Positions 16,767 through 26,839 of a stretch of DNA of 64,000 bases are shown here, piece after piece. The stretch covers positions 6,287 to 70,286 of the forward strand of contig JASJBK010000003.1 of assembly GCA_030066555.1 (NCBI GenBank), written 5' to 3'. Within the stretch, counting starts at the first letter, position 1, and every line of letters starts with the position of its first letter. The position numbers and the translations under genes were made by a program. Below the pieces are notes generated by a model, which did no database searches, was not told the origin of the DNA, and was given only the letters and a program-made list of their open reading frames with translations. This stretch comes from Halieaceae bacterium (GTDB lineage: Bacteria; Pseudomonadota; Gammaproteobacteria; Pseudomonadales; Halieaceae).

Positions 16767-19730
16767 GTGAACGCACGGGCTCATCCTCGGACTGCAGCGC
16801 GGCTCGCTCGCATTCTTCTGCTACTGTGGTGTCTCCCGGGCACAGTCATTGCCCAGGCCCGGTACAACTTTGATCTGGCGGGACAGGCGCTGTCAGAATC
16901 CCTGATACAGTTCAGCCACCAGAGCGGGCTGGCCATCGTCTTTTCTGATCCTGAAATCCGCGGAATCGAGAGCCCTCGCGTGCAGGGCCGCCTCACTCCG
17001 AACGAGGCATTGACCAGCCTGCTGGCCGGCACCGACTTCACCTGGCGACTGATCGACGACCGTATTGTGGCCATCTATGACGGCAGCTGCCGCAGTGATG
17101 ACAGCTGCCCGGAAAACGAGCAGCTGCTGGTGATGAACCCGCTGTACGTACCTGGAATCGAAGAACTCTACGTCTACGGCAACCGCATCACCGGCTCGCG
17201 GATAAAGCGCAGCACCCTGCAAGGCTCCGCGCCGGTGGATGTTATTTCGTCGCCGGATATCGAACTGTCCGGTGCCCAGACCCTGGGTGAAATCCTGCGC
17301 TACCTGCCATCGGTGTCGGGCAATGCCACCAGCACCGCTATCAGCAACGGTGGCGACGGCACCGCCACCGTGACCCTGCGCGGCCTGCCCGCCTCCAGTA
17401 CCCTGGTATTGATCAACGGCCGGCGGGTCGCCAACGACGGACTGGCCGGGGAATCGATAGACCTCAACACCATCTCGCCGGCGGCGGTGCAGCGCATCGA
17501 AGTGCTCAAGGACGGGGCCTCGGCGATTTACGGTTCCGATGCCATCGCCGGGGTCGTGAACATCATCATGAAGGAGGACTTCTACGGCCTGCTGCTGGAG
17601 CAGTATATTGGCGCCGCCCAGGAGGGCGACGGCAGCACCACGACGACCACCATCCAGTACGGCACCGGCTTTCGCAATGGCTCGATGTTCTTCTCCGCCA
17701 GCCACTTCGACCAGGACGAGATCGCCGCCCGCGACCGCAGTATTTCGGAGTCCGCGGACGGGCGCTCCCGCGGCGGCGCTGATCTGCGCTCCAGCGCGAC
17801 ACCCAGCGCCCGGGTCACACTGCCGGGAGGGCAGACGGCGATTCGCGACCCCAGCAGCGGCGACTACCGAGAGGTCACGGAAGATGACCTTTTCAACTTC
17901 CCGGATTTCACCTCGTCACTGGTGCCTTCCGATCGCACCTCGGCCTACCTGTCCGCCAGCTACGATTTCAGCGAGCTGCTGACCGGCAAGCTGGAGGTGA
18001 GCTATATACGCACCAGCGCCAAGGCACAGCTGGCTCCGACACCGATTTTCACTGCCTTCGAGCAGCAACCAATCACGGTAGCGGCAGACAATATCTACAA
18101 CCCCTTCGGTATACCGCTGGAGGACGTACGCCGGCGGCTGATTGAACTGCCGCCCCGCCAGCAGCAGAACAAGTCCGACGTCACTCGCATCAGCGCCCTG
18201 CTGGAGGGGATCTACGGCCGCTGGGACTGGGAGTGGAGTGTCGACTGGAGCCAGAGCAACGCCAAGGAGACCACCACCGGGGTGGTCAGCGCCGACAACC
18301 TGCGCCGCGGCGTGGGCCCGGCAGACCAATGCCTGGGGCTTGAGCTTGACGGCTGCGTGCCCGTCAACCTGTTCGGCCGACCGGGCACCATCGACGGCGA
18401 CCAACTCGATTTCCTGCGCGTGCCCGGCAAGGTTCGCGGCGAGAGCAAGCTCGCCGGCACCAGCTTTACCGCCTTTACCCGCCTGATGGACCTGCCTTAC
18501 GGGCCGGTAGAGTTCGCAGTGGGCGCCGAGTACCGGGACGAATCGACCGAGAAGAAACCGGACCGCCGCCTTGAAAACGTCGGCACCATCGGCGGTACCA
18601 ACTTCGAGCGGACCCGCGGCGACCGACGCTCCGGCGAGGTGTACTTCGAGAGCATTTCACCCCTGTACCGCAACGAGGATCGGGGCCAGCTGTTCGACCT
18701 GGAACTGGCGCTGCGCTATTCGTATTACAACGATTTTGGCGGCACCACCAATCCCAAGGTGGGGCTGCGTATGCAGCTCAACCCGTCCTGGCTGTTCCGG
18801 GCCACCTACGCCCAGGGCTTCCGTGCACCGACACTTAACGAGCTGTTCATGGGCGCCACCGAGGCGCAGGCATTCATCTCCGACCCCTGCACGATTCCCG
18901 AAAACGTCGGGGCGCTGCCCGGCTGCCAGCAACTTGCCGACGACAGCCGCAACCAGTTCCTGACCATCACCGGCGGCAACGAGAACCTGGAAGAGGAAAA
19001 GTCGGTGAGCTACGGCGTCGGCCTTGTGTGGACGCCACGCTTCCTGTCGGGTTTCTACGGCGCAGTGGACTACTTCGACATCGACACCGACAACGTGGTG
19101 GGCTCCAGTGCGCAGTTCATCGTCACCCAGAACGCCACCCGCGGCCTGTTCGACGAACAGGTGGTCCGCGACGAGCAGGGCAACCTGCAGCAGGTCTCGG
19201 CAATCAACCTCAATGTCGGCGAGCGCCGCGTGCAGGGCGTGGATCTCAGCCTCAATTACCGCCTGCCCACCCGCGACTGGGGCCAGTGGTCAACGGCGCT
19301 GGATGTTGCCTATATGAAGGAGTACACCATACAGCTGGACCGGGATTCCTCCACCGTGGGATTCGCCGGCACTTTCATCGACCCCGCTTCCGAGGGACTG
19401 GGGGGGCTGCCGGAATGGAAGGGGACTTTCGGCATCCAGTGGGCCAGGCAGCGCTGGCGGGGCAGCTACGACCTGCACTACATCAGTGAGATGCGCGAGA
19501 CGGTGCCGGGCACCAATACACGGCGGGATATCGATTCCTGGGTGGTACAGGATGTGCAGTTCAGCTACGTATTCAATGTGCTGCGCGGCCTGCGGGTATC
19601 AATGGGAATCGACAATATCCTCGACGAAGATCCGCCCTTTGCCGCCTCCGCCTTCAACGACAACTTCGACGGGCGCAGTCATGAGCTGCGCGGCCGCTTC
19701 TGGTACGCCAAGCTGAGCCAGCGTATCTAG
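16767..19730 (+). CDS. TonB-dependent outer-membrane transducer with N-terminal STN signalling domain
   Basis: 987-aa ORF with a signal peptide, an STN domain (LAGQALSESLIQFSHQSGLAIVF...LTPNEALTSLLAGT) and a plug (IEVLKDGASAIYGSDAIAGVVNII). A long beta-barrel region follows. Confidence 0.9.
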   Translation: MNARAHPRTAARLARILLLLWCLPGTVIAQARYNFDLAGQALSESLIQFSHQSGLAIVFSDPEIRGIESPRVQGRLTPNEALTSLLAGTDFTWRLIDDRIVAIYDGSCRSDDSCPENEQLLVMNPLYVPGIEELYVYGNRITGSRIKRSTLQGSAPVDVISSPDIELSGAQTLGEILRYLPSVSGNATSTAISNGGDGTATVTLRGLPASSTLVLINGRRVANDGLAGESIDLNTISPAAVQRIEVLKDGASAIYGSDAIAGVVNIIMKEDFYGLLLEQYIGAAQEGDGSTTTTTIQYGTGFRNGSMFFSASHFDQDEIAARDRSISESADGRSRGGADLRSSATPSARVTLPGGQTAIRDPSSGDYREVTEDDLFNFPDFTSSLVPSDRTSAYLSASYDFSELLTGKLEVSYIRTSAKAQLAPTPIFTAFEQQPITVAADNIYNPFGIPLEDVRRRLIELPPRQQQNKSDVTRISALLEGIYGRWDWEWSVDWSQSNAKETTTGVVSADNLRRGVGPADQCLGLELDGCVPVNLFGRPGTIDGDQLDFLRVPGKVRGESKLAGTSFTAFTRLMDLPYGPVEFAVGAEYRDESTEKKPDRRLENVGTIGGTNFERTRGDRRSGEVYFESISPLYRNEDRGQLFDLELALRYSYYNDFGGTTNPKVGLRMQLNPSWLFRATYAQGFRAPTLNELFMGATEAQAFISDPCTIPENVGALPGCQQLADDSRNQFLTITGGNENLEEEKSVSYGVGLVWTPRFLSGFYGAVDYFDIDTDNVVGSSAQFIVTQNATRGLFDEQVVRDEQGNLQQVSAINLNVGERRVQGVDLSLNYRLPTRDWGQWSTALDVAYMKEYTIQLDRDSSTVGFAGTFIDPASEGLGGLPEWKGTFGIQWARQRWRGSYDLHYISEMRETVPGTNTRRDIDSWVVQDVQFSYVFNVLRGLRVSMGIDNILDEDPPFAASAFNDNFDGRSHELRGRFWYAKLSQRI

Positions 19731-19748
19731 GGAACCTCTGCAAAACTC

Positions 19749-20684
19749 CTAGGCATCCAGGTAGCGGGCAATCCGTCCCAGCATGTCCTCACGCACCGCG
19801 GCGGATTCGTTGACCAGGTGATGCATGCCGGTAGGCAGCATCTCAATCCTCGCCGCCGGGAACTGCTTTTCCAGCACCGGCAGGTTGCGGCGCCAGTCCA
19901 CCGTACCGTCATTGTCGCCCTGCAGGATCAGCAAGGGCGTCGCGCAGGGTGGCCGCGCCAGGAAGGCAGCCAGCCAGTCATTCAATGCACCTACCCAGCA
20001 CACCGGGATCTGGTCGTGCTGCAGGGGGTCTGTGGGCAGGAACTCCAGGAATTCGGGATCCTGGGAGTTCTCCGCAAACTTGCGCGGCACTGCGTCGAAA
20101 AAGCGGTGCAGCAGCCGGTAGGTGAGGAGGATACGCCGCCAGCCATGGGGCCACACCAGCGGCGCCAGCAGCACCACTGCATCGAAAGCCGCAGGCTGCC
20201 CGGCACACTGCAGGAAATCCATGATCGCGGCCCCGCCGGTGCTCTGGGCAATGACCTGGCGCGGGCCTGGCAGCTCGGCGGTCGCCGCCAGCACATCAAT
20301 AATCGCCTGGCGATACTCGGCAAAGTCATCGATCTCGGCGCGGGGCCCGGTAGACAGGCCATGGCCGGGCAGGTCGAAGGCCACCACGTTGCTGCCGCGG
20401 ACAAGGCCGAAGTGCACGAGGCGGGAATAGAGCCCGACATGATCGAAGTAGCCGTGCACCAGGTAAATGGTACTGGCAGCACCCGGCTGCTCCCAGGTTT
20501 GCAGGGCCAGGTGATGATCGCCGGATTGGATATAGCCCAGGCGGTGATGGAGATCCGTGAATTCGGGGCTGAAATCCAGGCCGTAGTAGTCGAAATAGGC
20601 GGTCGCTTCTGGCAGCTGCTGCCCGGTGCCGAAAGCGGGCAGGTGGCCCGCGAGGGCATGGAAGGCCTCCGTGGGTCCAGTCAT
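19749..20684 (-). CDS. Alpha/beta hydrolase (lysophospholipase/monoacylglycerol lipase-like)
   Basis: 311-aa ORF with IYLVHGYFDH, the nucleophile elbow AQSTGG and a C-terminal His region (MHHLVNE). ATGA overlap with the upstream marC-family gene. Confidence 0.7.
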   Translation of the reverse strand: MTGPTEAFHALAGHLPAFGTGQQLPEATAYFDYYGLDFSPEFTDLHHRLGYIQSGDHHLALQTWEQPGAASTIYLVHGYFDHVGLYSRLVHFGLVRGSNVVAFDLPGHGLSTGPRAEIDDFAEYRQAIIDVLAATAELPGPRQVIAQSTGGAAIMDFLQCAGQPAAFDAVVLLAPLVWPHGWRRILLTYRLLHRFFDAVPRKFAENSQDPEFLEFLPTDPLQHDQIPVCWVGALNDWLAAFLARPPCATPLLILQGDNDGTVDWRRNLPVLEKQFPAARIEMLPTGMHHLVNESAAVREDMLGRIARYLDA

Positions 20685-21271
20685 GCGCCGGCCAGGAAGC
20701 GGTGGATGCCGTCAAAGAACATCTGCACCGAGATGATCACCAACAGCATGCCCATCAGGCGCTCGGTGGCAATCAGGCCACGCCGACCCAGCACCCGGAA
20801 CAGCAATGGTGAGGCGGCGAGGATGATCGATGACACCAGCCAGGCACAAAACAGGGCGAGTCCGAACTCCAGGGTCTGGTCCGGGTTCTTGTGCACGAAC
20901 AGCATCACGACGGCCAGGGTCGAGGGGCCGGCCACGCAGGGCGTGGCCAACGGCACCAGGAAAGGCTCTCCCTCGGGCAGGTCATCCATGTTGAGACCAC
21001 CCATGGGGAAGATCATGCGCAGGCCGATGATGAACAGGATGATACCGCCGGCGATGCTGATGGATTCCTGCTTGAGCTGCAGCAGATCCAGGAACCAGGC
21101 ACCCCCGAACAGGAACAGGATGAGAATGAGCAGGGCAAAAAACAGCTCGCGCACGATCACCCGCATGCGCCGGTGATCGGGCACGTCTTTCAGGACACTC
21201 AGGAATATCGGCACATTACCAAGTGGATCCATCACGAAGAGGATCGTCAGGAAAGCCGTAACCAGGTCCAT
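20681..21271 (-). CDS. MarC family (UPF0056) integral membrane protein
   Basis: 196-aa ORF with the N-terminus FLTILFVMDPLGNVPIFLSVL typical of the MarC/YhgN family. Multiple TM segments. Confidence 0.85.
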   Translation of the reverse strand: MDLVTAFLTILFVMDPLGNVPIFLSVLKDVPDHRRMRVIVRELFFALLILILFLFGGAWFLDLLQLKQESISIAGGIILFIIGLRMIFPMGGLNMDDLPEGEPFLVPLATPCVAGPSTLAVVMLFVHKNPDQTLEFGLALFCAWLVSSIILAASPLLFRVLGRRGLIATERLMGMLLVIISVQMFFDGIHRFLAGA

Positions 21272-21272
21272 C

Positions 21273-22343
21273 TCAGGCGGGCTTGACGACCTGCTTCAGC
21301 TCACCCGCGCTGTAGCGCTGCACCATGTCTGCCAGCGATACAGGCCTGATCTTGTCGGCATTGCCGGCGGTGCCGAAGGCCTCGTAGCGGGCCACGCAGA
21401 TATCCTTCATGGCCTGGATGGTTTCCTTGAGGTACTTGCGCGGATCAAACTCGGCGCGATTCTCAGCCATGAAGCGGCGGATGGCACCGGTGGAGGCCAG
21501 GCGCAGGTCGGTGTCGATGTTGACCTTGCGCACACCAAAGCGAATCCCTTCCTGGATCTGCTCCACCGGGACCCCGTAGGTCTCGGGAATGTCACCACCG
21601 TACTCGTTGATGATCGCCAGCCAGTCCTGCGGTACCGAGGAAGAGCCGTGCATAACCAGGTGAGTGTTGGGAATGCGGTCGTTGATTTCCTTGATGCGGT
21701 CGATGGCCAGGATGTCGCCGGTGGGCGGGCGGCTGAACTTGTAGGCGCCGTGGCTGGTGCCACAGGCAATTGCCAGGGCATCAACATCGGTGGCGGCGAC
21801 AAACTGGGCCGCTTCCTCGGGGTCGGTCAGCAGCTGGTCATGCGTCAGTTTACCCTCGGCGCCGATGCCGTCCTCTTCACCCGCCTCACCTGTCTCCAGG
21901 GAGCCGAGGCAACCGAGCTCGCCCTCCACGGATACGCCGCAGGCGTGGGCCATGTCCACTGCGCTGCGAGTCACGCTGGTGTTGTAGTCGTAGTCCATCG
22001 GAGTCTTGCCGTCCTCGCCGAGGGAGCCGTCCATCATGACCGAGGTAAACCCGAGCTGGATGGAGCGCTGGCAGACCGCGGGGCTGACGCCGTGATCCTG
22101 GTGCATGACCACAGGTATATGGGGAAATTCCTCGACCGCCGCCTGGATCATGTGGCGCAGGAAAGGCGCGCCCGCGTACTTGCGAGCGCCGGCACTGGCC
22201 TGCATGATGACCGGGCTGTTGGTCTCGTCAGCCGCTTCCATGATGGCGCGGGTCTGCTCGAGGTTGTTGACGTTGAAAGCCGGAACGCCGTAGCCGTGTT
22301 CGGCGGCGTGGTCCAGCATCTGGCGCATACTGATCAGTGCCAT
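21273..22343 (-). CDS. fba: Class II fructose-1,6-bisphosphate aldolase
   Basis: 356-aa ORF ([30 protein letters not shown]...HQDHG...HGSSS). Confidence 0.95.
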   Translation of the reverse strand: MALISMRQMLDHAAEHGYGVPAFNVNNLEQTRAIMEAADETNSPVIMQASAGARKYAGAPFLRHMIQAAVEEFPHIPVVMHQDHGVSPAVCQRSIQLGFTSVMMDGSLGEDGKTPMDYDYNTSVTRSAVDMAHACGVSVEGELGCLGSLETGEAGEEDGIGAEGKLTHDQLLTDPEEAAQFVAATDVDALAIACGTSHGAYKFSRPPTGDILAIDRIKEINDRIPNTHLVMHGSSSVPQDWLAIINEYGGDIPETYGVPVEQIQEGIRFGVRKVNIDTDLRLASTGAIRRFMAENRAEFDPRKYLKETIQAMKDICVARYEAFGTAGNADKIRPVSLADMVQRYSAGELKQVVKPA

Positions 22344-22376
22344 GTAACTCTCTCCGTGGGTAACTCTGTGGCGGCG

Positions 22377-22516
22377 CTAGCCAGCGGCTCGCTCCTTCAA
22401 AATGGCCACCGCCGGCAGCTGGTTCTCAGCCAGCGGCTCGCTCTTCCAAAATAGCCACCGCCGGCAGCTGGTTCTCAGCCAGCGGCTCGCTCTTCCAAAA
22501 TAGCCACCGCCGGCAG
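22377..22516. repeat. 49-bp tandem repeat x about 2.9 that includes the last 14 codons and stop of pgk
   Basis: Unit C (22474-22516, the real pgk end) and unit B (22425-22473) are identical over 43 nt. Unit A (22377-22424) has about 3 internal mismatches. Every unit keeps a stop codon at the same relative position (TGA, TGA, TAG). Confidence 0.9.
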
Positions 22517-23641
22517 TACTTTCCCCTCAACATACTCCAGGAAAGCGCCACCTCCGGTGGAGATGTAGGACACCTTGTCGGCGATGCCGTACTTGTCGAT
22601 CGCAGCCAGGGTGTCGCCACCGCCCGCCAGCGAAAAGGCTGAGCTTTCGGCGATGTCGCGGCTCAGGGCCTCGGTGCCGCCGGCAAACTGGTCAAACTCA
22701 AACACCCCCACCGGGCCATTCCAGATAATGGTGCCGGCCTGGCGCAGGATCTCGCCGATGCGCGCGCGGGTGTCGGGGCCGATATCGAAAATCATATCGT
22801 CGTCGGCGACCGCCGCCGCGGGCTTGATGCTGGCCTCGGCAGACTCCGAAAACTCCTTGCCCGTGACCACATCGCTGGGCAGGGGAATGTCAGTTTTCTC
22901 CATCAATGCCTGGGCGGCCGGAATCAGCTCGTTTTCACACAGGGACTTGCCGATCGGCAGGCCGCTGGCGGCCAGAAAGGTATTGGCGATGCCGCCCCCG
23001 ACCACCAGCTGGTCAACCTTGTCGGCCAGGGTTTCCAGCACGGTGAGCTTGGTGGATACCTTGGAGCCGCCGACGATAGCCAGCAGCGGCCGCGCCGGGC
23101 TGGACAGCGCCTGTTCGAGGGCGTCGAGTTCTGCGGCCAGCAGCGGGCCGGCGCAGGCAACGGCTGCGAACTTCGCCACCCCGTGGGTCGAGGCCTGGGC
23201 ACGGTGTGCGGTACCGAAGGCGTCCATCACGAATACATCACAGAGCGCCGCGTAGCGCTGTGCCAGGCCATCGTCGTTGGCCTTTTCACCGGTATTGAAG
23301 CGCACGTTTTCCAGCACCACCACTTCGCCGTCGGCCACTTGCACCGCGTCGAGGCTTTCGGACAGCCGGACCGGCGCATCCAGCGCCCCGGCCAGGTAAT
23401 CGACTACCGGGCGCAGCGAGTACTCCGCGCTGGGCTCGCCTTCCACAGGTCTTCCCAGGTGGGACATGACAATAAGCCGGGCGCCGGCCTCCAGAGCCTG
23501 CTTCAGGGTCGGCAGCGCGGCGCGGATGCGCGCGTCGCTTGCCACTTTGCCGTCTTTGAGGGGAACGTTGAGATCCTCGCGCACCAGTACCCGCTGACCG
23601 GCGAGATCCAGGTCGCTCATTTTCAGGATTGACGTGTTCAT
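22475..23641 (-). CDS. pgk: Phosphoglycerate kinase
   Basis: ORF 22475..23710. Start moved to ATG 23641 ([27 protein letters not shown], compare E. coli [25 protein letters not shown]). ATGA overlap with the epd stop. Confidence 0.95.
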   Translation of the reverse strand: MNTSILKMSDLDLAGQRVLVREDLNVPLKDGKVASDARIRAALPTLKQALEAGARLIVMSHLGRPVEGEPSAEYSLRPVVDYLAGALDAPVRLSESLDAVQVADGEVVVLENVRFNTGEKANDDGLAQRYAALCDVFVMDAFGTAHRAQASTHGVAKFAAVACAGPLLAAELDALEQALSSPARPLLAIVGGSKVSTKLTVLETLADKVDQLVVGGGIANTFLAASGLPIGKSLCENELIPAAQALMEKTDIPLPSDVVTGKEFSESAEASIKPAAAVADDDMIFDIGPDTRARIGEILRQAGTIIWNGPVGVFEFDQFAGGTEALSRDIAESSAFSLAGGGDTLAAIDKYGIADKVSYISTGGGAFLEYVEGKVLPAVAILEERAAG

Positions 23642-24666
23642 TCGGACTCCGAAGTCGAGGTGCCGTACCAGTGCTGGACCACGTCCAGCATGCGATTGGC
23701 GTAACCCCATTCATTATCGAACCAGACTAGCACCTTTACCAGCCGACGCCCGCTGACCCGGGTCTGGCCGGCGTCGACCACACAGGAATGGGGGTCCTGG
23801 TTGAAATCAGAGGACGCCAGCGGCTCGGCGGTGTAGCCCAGCACGCCGCAAAAGTCCGCTGCGGCTGCCGCTGACAGGGCCGCGTTGACCTCGTCTACCC
23901 CGGTATCCCGCTGCACTGACACCACCAGGTCCATGGCGGACACGTTCTGCACTGGCACCCGCAGGGCCTGGGCCGTGAAGCGCCCGGCCATCTCCGGCAG
24001 GATGCGCTCAACACCGCGCGCCAGACCGGTATCGATGGGAATGATGTTGGTGCCCGCGGCGCGGGTCTTGCGCAGATCGGTGTGGTGGTAGGCATCCAGC
24101 ACCGGCTGGTCATTCATGGCGGAATGAATCGTGGTAATGGTGCCGCTGTCGATCCCGAAGGCGTCGTCCAGGGCCTTGATAATCGGCACAATACCGTTGG
24201 TCGTGCAGGAGGCGGCGCTGACGATACGGTGCTCAGCGGTCAGTAGACCGTGGTTCACCCCGTAGACGATGGTGGCATCTACATCGGCCTGGGCGGGCTG
24301 GGAAAACAGCACCCGGCCTGCGCCCTGCTCCAGGTGGCGGGCAGCGGTGGCCCGCTCGGTGAAACTGCCGGTGCATTCGAGCACGACGTCGACGTCGAGC
24401 TCGGACCAGGGCAGATTGTCGATGTCCGGCTGCCGCAGCAGTCGCACCGGTTCGCCATCGACCCGCAGTATGTCGCCCTCCAGCGCCAGATCGCCCCGAA
24501 AGCGTCCGTGCGTGGAGTCATAGCGCGTCAGGTGCACCACGGTGGCGGTATCGGCAATCTCGTTGATGGCCACCACCTGCATCTTTTCGCGGTGCGGGCT
24601 TTCCACCAGGGCGCGCAGGACACAGCGCCCGATACGGCCGTAGCCGTTGATCGCAAGCTTGATCAG
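23638..24666 (-). CDS. epd: Erythrose-4-phosphate dehydrogenase (GapA paralogue); start codon non-canonical, CTG 24666-24664 proposed
   Basis: Close hand alignment to E. coli Epd (VVAINE..., [28 protein letters not shown]). The Rossmann motif [12 protein letters not shown] is encoded at 24625-24660, upstream of the first GTG (24606). No ATG/GTG/TTG is in frame. The CTG overlaps the tkt TGA. Confidence 0.85.
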   Translation of the reverse strand: MIKLAINGYGRIGRCVLRALVESPHREKMQVVAINEIADTATVVHLTRYDSTHGRFRGDLALEGDILRVDGEPVRLLRQPDIDNLPWSELDVDVVLECTGSFTERATAARHLEQGAGRVLFSQPAQADVDATIVYGVNHGLLTAEHRIVSAASCTTNGIVPIIKALDDAFGIDSGTITTIHSAMNDQPVLDAYHHTDLRKTRAAGTNIIPIDTGLARGVERILPEMAGRFTAQALRVPVQNVSAMDLVVSVQRDTGVDEVNAALSAAAAADFCGVLGYTAEPLASSDFNQDPHSCVVDAGQTRVSGRRLVKVLVWFDNEWGYANRMLDVVQHWYGTSTSESE

Positions 24667-26660
24667 AGCAGGATGTCCTCCAGGGTCTCGGCCACCACCT
24701 CGGGCGTAAAGCCGAAGTGCTTCATCAGGTCGCCGGCGGGGGCAGACTCGCCGAAGCTGGTCATACCGACCACGCGGCCGTCGAGGCCCACAAACTTGTA
24801 CCAGTAGTCAGCGTGACCGGCTTCCACCGCGACCCGGGCCAGCACGTCGGAGGGCAGCACCTGCTCCCGGTAGGCCGCGTCCTGGGCCATGAAGACTTCC
24901 GGGCTGGGCATGGATACCACGCGCAGCTTGCGGCCCTTGTCCGCCAGTATGGCAGCGGCGTCCAGCGCCAGCTGCACCTCGGAGCCGGTGGCAATCAGGA
25001 TACCGTCGAGCTCACCCTCCGGCTCTTGCAGGATGTAGGCGCCACGGGCGATGTCCGCCAGCTGCTGATCGCTGCGCGCCTGGTGTGGCAGGCCCTGGCG
25101 CGAGAACACCAGCGCGCTGGGGCCGTCGCGATGTTCGATAGCGGCCTTCCAGGCCACCGCCGATTCCACCGCGTCACAGGGACGCCAGGTCACCATGTTG
25201 GGCGTGGTGCGCAGGTTGGTGAGCTGCTCCACCGGTTGATGGGTGGGGCCGTCTTCGCCGAGGCCGATCGAATCGTGGGTATAGACGAAAATCGACTGCT
25301 GCTTCATCAGCGCCGCCATGCGCACCGCGTTGCGGGCGTATTCCATGAAGATAAGGAAGGTCGCGCCGTAGTTGATGAAACCCCCGTGTAGAGCGATGCC
25401 GTTCATGATCGCCGACATGCCGAACTCGCGCACGCCGTAGTAGACGTAGTTGCCTGAGGCGTCGGCGGCAGTGATGGGCTTGCTGCCGCTCCACACCGTC
25501 AGGTTGGAGCCGGCAAGGTCGGCTGAGCCCCCGAGCAGCTCCGGCAACAGGGCGCCGTAAGCATTGAGGCAATTCTGGGAGGCCTTGCGACTGGCGATAC
25601 TGTCACCGTCGGCCTGGCACTGGCGGATATAGGCCTCGGACTCGGCGGCGAAATTCTCCGGCAGCTCACCTGCCAGTCGGCGCTTTAGTTCCGCCGCCAG
25701 TTCTGGGAATTCCGCCGTGTAGGCATTCATTACCTGTTGCCATTCCTCTTCCGCCGCGGCGCCCGCCGCGCGGCCGTCCCAGGCGCTGTAGATATCATCC
25801 GGCACCTCAAAGGGTGCATGGGCCCAGCCGATGTTGTCACGGGTGGCGGCCACCTCGTCTTCGCCGAGGGCGGCGCCGTGACAGGATTCGCTGCCCTGCT
25901 TGTTGGGCGCGCCCTTGCCGATTATGGTCTTGCAGCAGATCAGCGTCGGCCGAGAAGTGTCGGCGCGGGCGTGATCGATGGCGGTCTTGATGGCGGCGGG
26001 ATCGTGGCCGTCTACGCCGGGAATGACCTGCCAGCCGTAGGCGTCAAAGCGCGCCGGCGTATCGTCGGTAAACCAGCCCTCGACCTCGCCGTCAATGGAA
26101 ATGCCGTTGTCATCGTAGAAGACTATCAGCTTGCCGAGGCCCAGGGTGCCCGCCAGCGAACAGACCTCGTGGGAGATGCCTTCCATCAGGCAGCCGTCGC
26201 CGGCAAAGCAGTAGGTGAAGTGTTCAATGACCCGGTATTCCTGGCGGTTGTACTGGGCGGCCAGCACCTTCTCCGCTATGGCCATGCCCACCGCGTTACT
26301 GATGCCCTGGCCCAGCGGGCCGGTAGTGGTCTCAACGCCCGGCGCGTAACCGTACTCGGGGTGGCCCGGGGTCTTGCTGTGCAGCTGCCGGAAATTCCTG
26401 AGTTCGTCCAGCGGCAGGTCATAACCCGTCAGGTGCAGCAGCGAGTAGATCAGCATGGAGCCGTGGCCGTTGGACATCACGAAGCGATCGCGGTTGGGCC
26501 AGCCCGGATTGGCCGGGTTGTGCACCAGGTATTGCCGCCACAGCACCTCTGCAATATCCGCCATGCCCATGGGCGCGCCGGGGTGGCCGCTATTGGCCTT
26601 CTGCACCGCGTCCATGCTCAGCGCACGGATGGCGTTGGCGAGGTCAGTCTGAGACGTCAT
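24663..26660 (-). CDS. tkt: Transketolase
   Basis: ORF 24663..26681. Start taken as ATG 26660 ([36 protein letters not shown]), preceded by GGAG. Full-length Tkt motifs are present. Confidence 0.95.
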   Translation of the reverse strand: MTSQTDLANAIRALSMDAVQKANSGHPGAPMGMADIAEVLWRQYLVHNPANPGWPNRDRFVMSNGHGSMLIYSLLHLTGYDLPLDELRNFRQLHSKTPGHPEYGYAPGVETTTGPLGQGISNAVGMAIAEKVLAAQYNRQEYRVIEHFTYCFAGDGCLMEGISHEVCSLAGTLGLGKLIVFYDDNGISIDGEVEGWFTDDTPARFDAYGWQVIPGVDGHDPAAIKTAIDHARADTSRPTLICCKTIIGKGAPNKQGSESCHGAALGEDEVAATRDNIGWAHAPFEVPDDIYSAWDGRAAGAAAEEEWQQVMNAYTAEFPELAAELKRRLAGELPENFAAESEAYIRQCQADGDSIASRKASQNCLNAYGALLPELLGGSADLAGSNLTVWSGSKPITAADASGNYVYYGVREFGMSAIMNGIALHGGFINYGATFLIFMEYARNAVRMAALMKQQSIFVYTHDSIGLGEDGPTHQPVEQLTNLRTTPNMVTWRPCDAVESAVAWKAAIEHRDGPSALVFSRQGLPHQARSDQQLADIARGAYILQEPEGELDGILIATGSEVQLALDAAAILADKGRKLRVVSMPSPEVFMAQDAAYREQVLPSDVLARVAVEAGHADYWYKFVGLDGRVVGMTSFGESAPAGDLMKHFGFTPEVVAETLEDILL

Positions 26661-26785
26661 CAGGAAACTCCGGGGTGTCAAAAAAGGGCGCTATTCTCTC
26701 GTAACCGCTGGCCCGGGGCAATGCGGGAAGCCGCCAATAACAAGGCCCTGGGCGCCATTGGGGTAACCCGGCGGTGTCAGCCGGA

Positions 26786-26815
26786 AATCTATATCAAAAT
26801 AATTTGATATAGATT
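26786..26815. promoter_or_regulatory. Perfect 13-bp inverted repeat AATCTATATCAAA-ATAA-TTTGATATAGATT; candidate SahR operator
   Basis: Arms at 26786-26798 and 26803-26815 are exact reverse complements. The repeat lies 25 nt upstream of the sahR ATG, in the tkt/sahR divergent spacer. Confidence 0.55.
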
Positions 26816-26839
26816 GAGCATCTGCTAGACTTCCCCGCC

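Noticed and set aside
22377-22474. The idea that the extra pgk-tail copies provide alternative Pgk C-termini through stop-codon readthrough or frameshifting.
   Set aside because: The unit length is 49 nt, not a multiple of 3, and each unit retains its own stop. In-frame readthrough would not reproduce the repeated peptide.
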